Assembly (NCBI GenBank): GCA_002413325.1
Contig: DHWT01000323.1
Location: forward strand, 1-39,670
Length of the DNA stretch: 39,670 bases
Reading direction: 5' to 3'
Origin: Chitinophagaceae bacterium UBA5175
GTDB lineage: Bacteria > Bacteroidota > Bacteroidia > Chitinophagales > Chitinophagaceae
The notes under the pieces were generated by a model. It had not been told where the DNA came from and ran no database searches. It saw only the letters and a list, made by a program, of their open reading frames with translations. Every line of letters begins with the position of its first letter. Position 1 is the first letter of the stretch. The position numbers and the translations under genes are program-made. Below, one piece after another: positions 1-8,714 of this stretch.

Positions 1-244
1 CAAAAATTAGCTTTATAAATTTTTTGTTTCTATGCCAAATGTCTTCGTCACCACCGTAGCCTGGATTGAGAGACAATAAGTAAACATTTGCCTTTTCCGG
101 GTTGCCAATAAACGGTTCCGGAAATATTTTCCCAATAATTTTATACTCTGTACTGCCGTTCTTATCATTAAATTTTTGCAGCGTAGCCAGATCATCTACA
201 TTTAATAAATTCCAACCTTCTTTTTTAACTATTTCAAAATTCAT
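1..244 (-). CDS. N-terminal part of a putative uracil-DNA glycosylase superfamily protein (runs off left edge)
   Basis: Absent from the ORF track because no stop is in the window. ATG at 244 reads MNFEIVKKEGW...KIFPEPFIGNPEKANVYLLSLNPGYGGDED..., open to base 1. PEPFxG-x-A-V-LL-LNPG resembles the first UDG-superfamily motif. Confidence 0.6.
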   Translation of the reverse strand, partial: MNFEIVKKEGWNLLNVDDLATLQKFNDKNGSTEYKIIGKIFPEPFIGNPEKANVYLLSLNPGYGGDEDIWHRNKKFIKLIF

Positions 245-350
245 TTTATTTTTGAATACTAAGTGTTGTCGAATTTATATTTTAAGGGAGGGGCTCCCTA
301 AATATATTTAAAATCAATGATTTTCAAGTTAAAGAAAGAAGAGTTTTATG

Positions 351-394
351 ATCCAAGGATAGAAAGTTCGAACTTGGGCTACCAGGAACTACAA
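351..394. repeat. Conserved 44-bp intergenic element, copy 1 (att-like)
   Basis: ATCCA-AGGAT-AGAAA-GTTCGAAC-TTGG-GCTAC-CAGGA-ACTACAA; aligns without gaps to 1286-1329 and 2293-2336. Confidence 0.8.
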
Positions 395-423
395 GTGTTT
401 GAAAATACGAATGACTAATTCAT

Positions 424-1248
424 TTAACTCCAGGTATTGCTACTTCTCACTTCTTTGTTCTTTTTGAAGATAATGAAAAGATAATCACCAAAATCGTTGA
501 TATAATCATCGTTCACTTTTGCAAAACTTTTGTTATCGATGTCATCTTTGAGTTTCTTCAGACCGGTCCTTATTTCGTCCTTATTATTAAGATCCGAAAA
601 CGAAGAAATACCAAATCTAATATTATCATTTAAATAAAGTGACGGATTTAACTTCCCCGAATATAGGAAATGATCTTGCAAACCGATTTGGATATTATAT
701 ATTTCTGTCGAGCAGATGTTAAAACCTCCTTTTAGTGCTGCATCCTCCATGTTTCTTAAAGCAGGCATCTTTTCAATGGACTCTCTCATCATTTTAGGAA
801 AATAATGGTTAAGCCAATAGCCATTCATTTGCTCAGGAAGGGACGTAAAGATTACTAAATGACTATGAATTTTTAAAACCCTATTCAGTTCTAAAAAGGC
901 ATTTTCGATATTTGCCCAATGATGAATTGTAAGTGTAGCCATTCCACCATCAAATGAATTATCTTTTACAGGAATATTTTCCGATGAACCCATTAACCAT
1001 CTAACCGAATTTGATTTTTTGTAAGCTACCTCAAGCATATTTTGCGATGGATCGACTCCGCAAAACTTTATTCCATCTTTAGAAAGTGCGATTGTATAAT
1101 TGCCGGTACCACAACCTATATCTAAATATAATTTCTCTGGTCTGAGGGACAATAAATCAAAAAGCCTTTGGGCTATGTACGGATCGGCTTTCCGAGTGGA
1201 ATTATACCTTTTCCCAATTTTGTCATATAGAATACCTGGCCTTAGCAC
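424..1248 (-). CDS. Class I SAM-dependent methyltransferase
   Basis: Motif I LDIGCGTG, GVDPSQNML, SFD..MATLTIHHW, ELNRVLK. Confidence 0.9.
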   Translation of the reverse strand: MLRPGILYDKIGKRYNSTRKADPYIAQRLFDLLSLRPEKLYLDIGCGTGNYTIALSKDGIKFCGVDPSQNMLEVAYKKSNSVRWLMGSSENIPVKDNSFDGGMATLTIHHWANIENAFLELNRVLKIHSHLVIFTSLPEQMNGYWLNHYFPKMMRESIEKMPALRNMEDAALKGGFNICSTEIYNIQIGLQDHFLYSGKLNPSLYLNDNIRFGISSFSDLNNKDEIRTGLKKLKDDIDNKSFAKVNDDYINDFGDYLFIIFKKNKEVRSSNTWS

Positions 1249-1285
1249 TGGGATTATTTTTATAAAAGATAGTAAAACTTAGCAA

Positions 1286-1329
1286 ATCCATTATCAGAAT
1301 GTTCGAACTCAGGCTACTTGGGTCTGCAA
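1286..1329. repeat. Conserved 44-bp intergenic element, copy 2 (att-like)
   Basis: ATCCA-TTATC-AGAAT-GTTCGAAC-TCAG-GCTAC-TTGGG-TCTGCAA; outer arms GCAAATCCA / TGGGTCTGC form an imperfect inverted repeat (7/9) about GTTC|GAAC. Confidence 0.8.
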
Positions 1330-1337
1330 ATAAATGA

Positions 1338-2003
1338 TTAAATATTTCTCCGGCTTTTTGTTAGAAGTTGATTTTTCTCAATACCATTTATGAATTTGTT
1401 TATTTCATTTACAAAATATTTGCTCTTCAAGTTTAGATTGTAATTGTAATTGATGTTGCTAACAACCTTATTTCCAAATTCCTCTTTAGAAAGGAAATTA
1501 AAGTTGTCTACGTATATTTTGGTTGTATCGTCTCCGATGAACATTTTGGCCTCTTGAATATGGGAATGGTCAACTCTTAAATTACTTATTTCACCTTTCT
1601 CATTGTATACATATTGAAAGCATTTAAACTTTTCATTTTTAATAATTGCTTTTTGTTTGAAGAAATATGTTCATATGCCTTGCATATTAATTTCAATGGT
1701 AGAATAGTCAAAGCAATTGTCCTTTTTTGTTAAATAAGATGTTCCATTTTTTGTCCAAAGGATATAAGTTGGCATATAAATTGTTGCATGGCATCTATTT
1801 TCCTTATTGTCTTTTATTACAACTTCCGAACCTGGCCAATAATCTTGAAAGATTAATATCGAGTCAATCCCATTTGATTTTAGTTGAACTATACATTTTG
1901 CTACTAAAGAATCTAAATGATCTGTAGTCGTATTTTGACCATTGGAGGCCAATGAACGCGAAAGAAAATATAAAAGTATTATCTGCTTTAAAGGTAACAT
2001 CAT
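1338..2003 (-). pseudogene. Exported hypothetical protein interrupted by one in-frame TGA (1671-1673)
   Basis: ORFs 1671..2003 and 1338..1544 are in the same frame and the intervening sequence is open: ...INMQGI*TYFFKQKAIIKNEKFKCF...QEAKMFIGDD. Signal-peptide-like N-terminus. Confidence 0.7.
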
Positions 2004-2292
2004 GAATAGCTTAATGAGAATAATTAATTTGGATAGAAGCGGATCATCGAGATTTTCAAATTGTTAAATAGTAATTATTTAATGGGAAAACCGATAATGA
2101 TTAAAGTATAAGATGTTGATGAGAAGATATTCCATAATGCTTCCGTAATTTTCGATATCTCGTGGTGTCTGATTTCCGGTAGTTCGCTCAATTAAAAATT
2201 ATAAAGACCATTGGTTAAAAATTGATTTTTTTAATATTTGTTAGGTCATTAATTAATTGAATATCAAATCATAGTAGACAGAGATTCGCAAA

Positions 2293-2336
2293 ATCCAGTT
2301 GGAGAAAGTTCGAACCGCTGCTATAGAGGTCGGCTC
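2293..2336. repeat. Conserved 44-bp intergenic element, copy 3 (att-like)
   Basis: ATCCA-GTTGG-AGAAA-GTTCGAAC-CGCT-GCTAT-AGAGG-TCGGCTC. Confidence 0.8.
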
Positions 2337-2475
2337 CTTCTCCGAAAAATTGTATTAGAAATATTTCTAGTTATGAATCCATAAATTTTTAATGATTATG
2401 TGCAATAACTAAAGAATAACCAAACAGTAAAATTTTAATGACAACGCCATTCATTAATAAGTCAAAACGTTTGCC

Positions 2476-3078
2476 ATGTTCAGGAAATACAATCGCTTAT
2501 CTATTTTAATTTTCAGCTTTTCACTCCTGATAGCCCCTTCCGGCTTTGCCCAATCGACGATATTGTCAAAAGGAGAAACAGCGCCCGTATTTACCACCAA
2601 AGCCAGCCTGACCTGCAGTGCATATGATTTTTCACTAAAAAACGCCCTTGCTAAAGGGCCCGTTGTAGTCTATTTCTATCCTTCTGCCTATACCGGCGGC
2701 TGTGATGCGGAAGCACATGCGTTCGCTGAACTCAATGATCAATTTACCGCGGCGGGAGCTACCATTATCGGTGTATCTGCAGACGATATTCAGCGGCTGA
2801 ATGCATTTTCTTCCGATCCGCAATACTGCGCCGGCAAGTTCCCCGTCGCTTCAGATCCCGGAGGCGAAATTGCAGCAAAATACGGCCTGACCATGTCTGC
2901 TCCAAAGGTTGGGATTAAAGACCCGAAGGGCCAGGACCTTACACACGGTTTCATTCCGCGAACCACTTTTGTTATTGATAAAGAAGGTAAAATTGTAGCC
3001 GTCTTTTCATCAGAAACCGACCATATTTCACCTACTGAACATGTTGAAAAGACGCTGGCGATTGTAAAAGGGTTGTAG
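2476..3078 (+). CDS. Peroxiredoxin (BCP/PrxQ-like, AhpC/TSA family), exported
   Basis: VVVYFYPSAYTGGCDAEA (PxxxTxxC), IIGVSAD, RTTFVIDKEGKI; signal peptide. Confidence 0.9.
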   Translation: MFRKYNRLSILIFSFSLLIAPSGFAQSTILSKGETAPVFTTKASLTCSAYDFSLKNALAKGPVVVYFYPSAYTGGCDAEAHAFAELNDQFTAAGATIIGVSADDIQRLNAFSSDPQYCAGKFPVASDPGGEIAAKYGLTMSAPKVGIKDPKGQDLTHGFIPRTTFVIDKEGKIVAVFSSETDHISPTEHVEKTLAIVKGL

Positions 3079-3429
3079 TTCGCGGGCCCGGGTTCAAAAT
3101 TTCGAACGTGCATGCTTGTTGACGTTGTCTACTCCTTATATAGCTATTTACCAGCTTTTGATCCACCAAAAAGTTCTGGATTTCAATCACTTAGCCATGT
3201 TTCTGTTTGGCTTGCAAAACCAAAAGTAAATATGAGTTATTCAACCTGCTTCATTTTTAGAAAATAAAGATTCTATGCCTGGAAACCGGAAAACACTTAG
3301 TAAATGGCAAAATAAAAATGCCATAACGGGAATACATGGAAACCCTAAGGAGATCGTCCGGGATATCGGCTATTTTCTTCTTTTGAACTTATTGAAACAT
3401 TTTAAATATTTTACAACTGCTCTTTGTTA

Positions 3430-3711
3430 CTAAGGGCTCCCACCTGCTTTCAATGAGTCCTTATTCGGACTCTTTTCCCAAAATACACGCAATTCACAGA
3501 TCCTTTGACCTTTTTTGTCAAATGCAAAAACTTTGTAATCAACATTTCTGGTGTGAACTCCTTTATCCGGCCACCCCACCGAATATGGTGTTCCATAACG
3601 TCTCTCAGGGAGGGCAGGTTTTTTTTTCTTCAATCTCCTGATATAATGAATCTTCCCTGGATTTTCTATAAAGCCTGAATGAGAAGAGCTTGTCAAGATT
3701 CGGTATAACAA
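3430..3711 (-). CDS. Possible small hypothetical protein or gene fragment
   Basis: 93-aa ORF with a non-ATG start; the C-terminal half is protein-like; no family recognised. Confidence 0.25.
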   Translation of the reverse strand: MLYRILTSSSHSGFIENPGKIHYIRRLKKKKPALPERRYGTPYSVGWPDKGVHTRNVDYKVFAFDKKGQRICELRVFWEKSPNKDSLKAGGSP

Positions 3712-3867
3712 TAAGATTTACTTTGAGATTCTCATAATAAACAAAAGCAACCAGATTGGCAGTATCGATTTCATTTTGGGCGAAAAGTTTGCCAATGCAA
3801 AATAAAAATCAACCAGGAATAATATTTTTTTCATTGAACCAAATTTAAGGTTTCGACGGGCGGAGTT

Positions 3868-4656
3868 TTAGTCCCGCCAAAAAACTTTCAATTCAATTTC
3901 TGCAGGAACCCAATCAGCTTTCTTAAAATCCTTGCTTTCGAATTTATCATATAGTGATTTAGGACTTTTTACAGTGACCCTTGTCCAATCCTTATGGGCT
4001 ATATTAAATGTGTCATTCAAATCATTCCCGGCTTCAAATGTTTTGCCATCAGCCATGCTTTTAAGAATTTTATCAATGTCAGACAAAGCCCATATAGGAC
4101 TGTCGGGATCATTCGTCCGTCTGGCATAAATATAAAATTCACCTTCATACCTCAAAGAAGGAGGGTAAAAAAATAAGACGTTGGAATCTTTCAGTAAACT
4201 GTTTCCGAAAGTGATACATTGTTTATAGGTGCCAAACCGGTAGCTCCGGGTATGATAATGAAGCGGATGCTTGTCATGCAGTTTTTCTATTTCTTTCATC
4301 TTAAACTGGTACCAGCTATTGCCGGATTTAATAATCTCCTGTCGGGGATAAATAAGTCCGGTTGGTATAACTTCCATTTTATTACGCAAAGTATAAATTT
4401 CTATACATGAGAATTCGACAGATAAATGCGGGGCTGGATTTTTAAAAACCCAGTCCTTTTTCAACTGAATCATATCGGCAGGATCGTCCAGGACGAACCA
4501 GTACCGGGGCAGACTGTCTATTTTACCATTATATCCCTGAACAATACCTACCACGCAATAAGAACTATCGAAATCGACGCCCTTAAAGTATTCGGATTTC
4601 TGCGCAAAAGAGAATGTGGCTGTAAATGAAAAGATCAGTAGTAAAATGACTCTCAT
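3868..4656 (-). CDS. Exported hypothetical protein
   Basis: 262-aa ORF with clear signal peptide MRVILLLIFSFTATFSFA-Q. Confidence 0.8.
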   Translation of the reverse strand: MRVILLLIFSFTATFSFAQKSEYFKGVDFDSSYCVVGIVQGYNGKIDSLPRYWFVLDDPADMIQLKKDWVFKNPAPHLSVEFSCIEIYTLRNKMEVIPTGLIYPRQEIIKSGNSWYQFKMKEIEKLHDKHPLHYHTRSYRFGTYKQCITFGNSLLKDSNVLFFYPPSLRYEGEFYIYARRTNDPDSPIWALSDIDKILKSMADGKTFEAGNDLNDTFNIAHKDWTRVTVKSPKSLYDKFESKDFKKADWVPAEIELKVFWRD

Positions 4657-4689
4657 GCTTATGAATTCTTATAATTTTCGGCTCGTGGC

Positions 4690-4830
4690 TTACTCAAATT
4701 CCGCTCTTTGTTTAATGACTTGCAACAGGGTTCCACTGAAACCAAGTCCAAAAATGAACGAGATGATAAAAAGTAAAAAAACCGGAATACCAAAGGCAAA
4801 TATTGCGTCTTTAATTTTTTCTCTTTTCAT
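4690..4830 (-). CDS. Small single-TM membrane protein (46 aa)
   Basis: Below the ORF-track cutoff: MKREKIKDAIFAFGIPVFLLFIISFIFGLGFSGTLLQVIKQRAEFE*; A-rich leader; co-oriented with 3868..4656. Confidence 0.55.
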   Translation of the reverse strand: MKREKIKDAIFAFGIPVFLLFIISFIFGLGFSGTLLQVIKQRAEFE

Positions 4831-5114
4831 ATTATTTTATGGTCTTGACCGAGGATCACCATTAGTATTTGTCTTTTGCAACGTTCGCTTTCCCGGAAAA
4901 GTTCAAAATTTCAGAAGAGTACTAATATAGACTTTTTAAGAGAATAAAATGGCTGCAGCTGACAGCAATTACAGGAGAAATTTTCCAATCGAGACCTAAG
5001 GGTAAACATTTATGGCCTGGGAATGGCAAAGTTTCGTTTTGCCGAATAAAATTATTGAATTACATATAGAAAACAAGGGGTTAGGCGTTATAGAAATCCA
5101 ATAATATCGGACCA

Positions 5115-5597
5115 ATGACCAACCCATTTGACGAATCGGAAAATGTAAAAAAGGGCTATCTATTTGAGCAATGGGTAGTCGGCCAGTTTCCGGTAAGTAA
5201 ATTTCTGCTACAGGAATGGAGGAGTGATAAGCACTTCGGAGATATATATCCGACATCCAGCCGCAATCCGGATATGGTGTTCAGGATGTTTGCGCCAGAA
5301 AGGCACAAAACATTTTTTGCCGTTGAATGCAAATGGCGGGCAAAGACCTACGACGGAGGAATTGATTGGGCGAGCAAGGATAAAAGAATTACCTATAACA
5401 AATTCGGCACCAAATTAAAGATGTCTATTCATGTAGCATTTGGAATTGGGGGATCTCCTGATAAACCGAAAAGGCTTATCTAATTCCTTTTGAAAAGATC
5501 GGGGTACTATGATGTTGTTGAAACCCGAATATTAAATGACTTCATCTGGCCAACAAATCCTGAAAAGTTGAAGGCTTATCTATCATATTGGCGTTAG
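5115..5597 (+). pseudogene. PD-(D/E)XK nuclease-like protein, apparently frameshifted near the C-terminus
   Basis: KGYLFEQWV, NPDMVF, FAVECKWR motifs. The ORF stops at 5483, but protein-like sequence continues in shifted frames (AYLIPFEKIG, then YYDVVETRILNDFIWP...YWR* ending 5597). Confidence 0.5.
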
Positions 5598-5619
5598 CTG
5601 ACAGACCTGACATTTTCCA

Positions 5620-5895
5620 TCAGTCATCATAATGGTATCTGCATTGCAGAATATAGCATTTTTGATTTCGGCCCCTGCTCCCTTCCACTTTGTAAACCAG
5701 TCTGTGTTCCCCGGTTATCCTGCGGGACCAATAACCCTTTAAATCGTATCGTAGTGGTTCCGGTCTGCCTAATCCCCGGAATGGGTTTCTGTTTATATCG
5801 TTCAGTAATTCTTTGATCTTCCCAACGATTTCCTGGTCATTTTCCAGCCAGTACCCGAAGTCTTCCCAGGCATTTTCGGTAAATTCAAAATTCAT
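5620..5895 (-). CDS. yoeB: Txe/YoeB family toxin
   Basis: FTENAWEDFGYW, PFRGLGRPEPL, WSRRITGEHRLVY, CRYHY. Confidence 0.95.
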   Translation of the reverse strand: MNFEFTENAWEDFGYWLENDQEIVGKIKELLNDINRNPFRGLGRPEPLRYDLKGYWSRRITGEHRLVYKVEGSRGRNQKCYILQCRYHYDD

Positions 5896-5911
5896 TCGAT
5901 GGAATGGGTAT

Positions 5912-6169
5912 TTACAGATCTTTCAGTTTCACTTTGCGTGTTTGCTTCTTACTGATCTGGTTGATGGACTCCTGTAACCTTGCCCTGTTCTTTTCAGAGG
6001 ACAGCAGATGGCCTGTTTCATTCAACGAATTATATTCTTTGATCGACATGATGACCACGGCATCCTCTTCCGTTGTGCGGGGCACAATGATCACGTCATC
6101 CGATTTACTGACCTCATCCAGGTACTTTTTAATGTTTCCCCGAAGCTGTGTTATGGTAATGGCCTGCAT
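5912..6169 (-). CDS. yefM: Phd/YefM family antitoxin
   Basis: [44 protein letters not shown]; directly upstream of yoeB. Confidence 0.95.
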   Translation of the reverse strand: MQAITITQLRGNIKKYLDEVSKSDDVIIVPRTTEEDAVVIMSIKEYNSLNETGHLLSSEKNRARLQESINQISKKQTRKVKLKDL

Positions 6170-6180
6170 GTTGTTTAGCT

Positions 6181-6212
6181 ATGTACGTTCAAATGTACGT
6201 TAAAAAGTACAT
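6181..6212. promoter_or_regulatory. YefM-type operator: three GTAC-core sites at 12-bp spacing
   Basis: ATGTACGTT (6181), ATGTACGTT (6193), AAGTACAT (6205); GTAC cores at 6183, 6195, 6207, just upstream of yefM. Confidence 0.7.
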
Positions 6213-6471
6213 AAATCATACGATTTTCTGTAAATCTACTCCTTCCCCCGAACCCTGATGCATAGAAACCCCTGTTTTCTCCGGGTTTTTAAACGGTCTG
6301 TTTCAGCCGTTATTCGTCGTCCGGAAACTCCAGTCTAATTACAATTGCTGATCACATAAAGCATTTTCGTAAGCTGGTCCTTTCGGATCTTTTTGGTAAT
6401 CCGTAGCATAGCTTGTCAGTAAAACAGGAAGTCATTGTCTTTTTAGGGTGGCCACTGCATTTCAACAGCGA

Positions 6472-7725
6472 TCATTGATCCTCCACGAAATTGATGTCTT
6501 TTTTGAAAGTTTCCTCCAGGAAGATGAGTGCGACTATTGCCATGGTGAAACTTACCAGGCCAACCGCTAAAGCGCCGTGAATAATTCCAACATGACTTTT
6601 CGCTAATGCAAATAGCATAGTTAACGGAATTACTGACCCCCTGACAAAGTTGGGAACCGTGGTGGCAACCGTTGCCCGGAGATCGGAGCCAAAAAGTTCA
6701 GCTGCAACGGTTATGAAAAGCGTCCAATAGCCACAGCAAAATCCAAGGCATACGCATAGTAGGTAAAATAGCAGGGTGCTATGGATGGGTACCAGTAAGC
6801 AGACAAGAACCAGTGAAAAGGAAGACAAAATAAATAATAAGATTACTTTTTTCCTGCTCTGCAGATATTGACTGAGAAAACCACTTGTTAAGTTACCCAA
6901 AACCTGGGCAGCAAATCCAAGCATGACTGCCTTACCTGCATCAACAGGTTGGTCAAGACCCATTGCCTGGCCAAATTCCGGGGAAAATGTGAACAAAATT
7001 CCGATTACAAACCATATGGGTATTCCGATCAGGATGCTGTTCAGGTATTTTAATAACCGGGTTTTATTATTGATTAATTTAAGCACATCACCCCGTTTAA
7101 TGTTCTTTTCTTTTAGCCTGATGAACATGCCCGATTCAAAAACCCGTACCCGCAATAACATGAGTATTAATCCCAGGCCACCGCCAATAAAAAAAGCCGG
7201 CCGCCAGTCAAACAGATGAGAAACAAGGTATGCGAGCAAAGCACCCATAATGCCCATCGTAGCTACCAGGGTTGTTCCATAACCCCGTCGCTCCTTCGGT
7301 AAAATTTCTGTTACCAGTGTAATGCCGGCTCCCAGTTCACCCGCGAGTCCAAATCCCGCAATAAATCTTAGTACAGCATATTGCGAGACGGTCGTTACGA
7401 ATCCATTTCCAATGTTTGCGATAGAATAAATCAAAATAGAACCAAACAATACAGAGAGTCTTCCCTTTTTATCTCCCATGATTCCCCAAAATATTCCACC
7501 GATCAGCATACCTGCCATTTGCAAATTCAACAGCATGATACCATCCGCCAGCAGTTTTTCTCCGGAAATATGCAGGGATTTTAAACTTGCAACCCGATTG
7601 ATACTGAAAAGAAACAAGTCATACATGTCCACCATATATCCCAGCGCTGCAACCAGTACGGGAATGCGTAAGAGTTCCCGGGCAATACTTTTAGAAGAGC
7701 CATTTGTCGTTGCTGTGAAGGTCAT
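6472..7725 (-). CDS. MFS transporter
   Basis: Motif A GIMGDKKGR, RFIAGFGLAGELG, many TM segments. Confidence 0.93.
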   Translation of the reverse strand: MTFTATTNGSSKSIARELLRIPVLVAALGYMVDMYDLFLFSINRVASLKSLHISGEKLLADGIMLLNLQMAGMLIGGIFWGIMGDKKGRLSVLFGSILIYSIANIGNGFVTTVSQYAVLRFIAGFGLAGELGAGITLVTEILPKERRGYGTTLVATMGIMGALLAYLVSHLFDWRPAFFIGGGLGLILMLLRVRVFESGMFIRLKEKNIKRGDVLKLINNKTRLLKYLNSILIGIPIWFVIGILFTFSPEFGQAMGLDQPVDAGKAVMLGFAAQVLGNLTSGFLSQYLQSRKKVILLFILSSFSLVLVCLLVPIHSTLLFYLLCVCLGFCCGYWTLFITVAAELFGSDLRATVATTVPNFVRGSVIPLTMLFALAKSHVGIIHGALAVGLVSFTMAIVALIFLEETFKKDINFVEDQ

Positions 7726-7812
7726 TACAATTATTCTTTGATTTCTTTATGGTGAATCAATATAATAGAGTGAACAGGTTGAGCAAAACTGCCTGATTTG
7801 CGGAAGGGATAA

Positions 7813-8583
7813 TTATAAACGCGGAATGGTTAATCCTCCATCTACCATGATTACCTGCCCGGTTGAATACATGAAATCGCCCTTTGTAAGTGATGCAACT
7901 ACTTTCCCAACATCCTGTGGTTCTCCCCAGCGCTTTTGTACACAGAGCCCCTCTCCGATTAATTTATCATACTTTTCTTTGGCTCCGGCTGTCATATCCG
8001 TTTGTACAATTCCCGGCCTTACTTCAAAAACAGGAATATCGTACTCGCCAAGCCTCACGGCAAATAATTGTGTAACCATGCCCATACCCGCTTTCGAAAT
8101 ACAATATTCACCACGGTTCAGAGACACTACCGTTGCGGAAATCGATGAAATATTTATAATGCATCCTTCAAATTCAGGATTCGTTTTCTTTTGTTCAATC
8201 ATCCAGTTAGCTGTCTTTTGCGTAAGAAAACAGGAGCCCTTTAAATTAACACCCATCACATAGTCAAAACTTTCTTCCGTAGCTTCCAGAATGTCTCTTC
8301 GCTCTTTAGGCACTACACCGGCATTGTTGACCAGCACATGAAGCGCGCCATAATGGTCTTTTACCTGTCGCAGTATTTCAATCCGATCGGCGGAGGAAGC
8401 GATGTCTCCCTGACAATACATCACATCCATGCCGTAGTGCCTCAATGCTCTTAATGCATCTTCTACCTGGGCTGCAGGGCGTGTCCCATTGACAGCCAGG
8501 TCAAAATTATTTTTTGCCAGTTCAAGGGCAATACCAAAACCAATACCGCGGGTCCCGCCTGTGATTAAAGCTACTCTTCTCAT
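7813..8583 (-). CDS. Short-chain dehydrogenase/reductase (3-ketoacyl-ACP reductase-like)
   Basis: TGGTRGIG, NNAG, YCISK (YxxxK), VDGG. Confidence 0.93.
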   Translation of the reverse strand: MRRVALITGGTRGIGFGIALELAKNNFDLAVNGTRPAAQVEDALRALRHYGMDVMYCQGDIASSADRIEILRQVKDHYGALHVLVNNAGVVPKERRDILEATEESFDYVMGVNLKGSCFLTQKTANWMIEQKKTNPEFEGCIINISSISATVVSLNRGEYCISKAGMGMVTQLFAVRLGEYDIPVFEVRPGIVQTDMTAGAKEKYDKLIGEGLCVQKRWGEPQDVGKVVASLTKGDFMYSTGQVIMVDGGLTIPRL

Positions 8584-8591
8584 ATTTTTAT

Positions 8592-8714
8592 GACTGGTTA
8601 ACGTTCAGGGATGTCGCTACTCGTCTCAAATTTTTTAGTGACCGGTTAAAGTTCAGGAATATCGATACCCGTCTCCTATTTTTAACGACTATCTAAAGTT
8701 CAGGAATATCCACC
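8592..8714. repeat. Degenerate 47-48-bp tandem repeat (about 2.6 units) derived from the 3' end of the Gfo gene
   Basis: Units start at 8592, 8640, 8687 (GAC.GGTTAA.GTTCAGG.AT.TC). Confidence 0.7.

Noticed and set aside
1671-1673. Selenocysteine or genome-wide TGA recoding
   Set aside because: Many genes here terminate at TGA and the context is not a redox motif.
351-2336. GTTCGAA in the 44-bp elements as tRNA genes or classical attC sites
   Set aside because: No T-stem pairing or cloverleaf, and no attC R-box ends or long hairpin. Derivation from a tRNA-targeting att site remains possible but untested.
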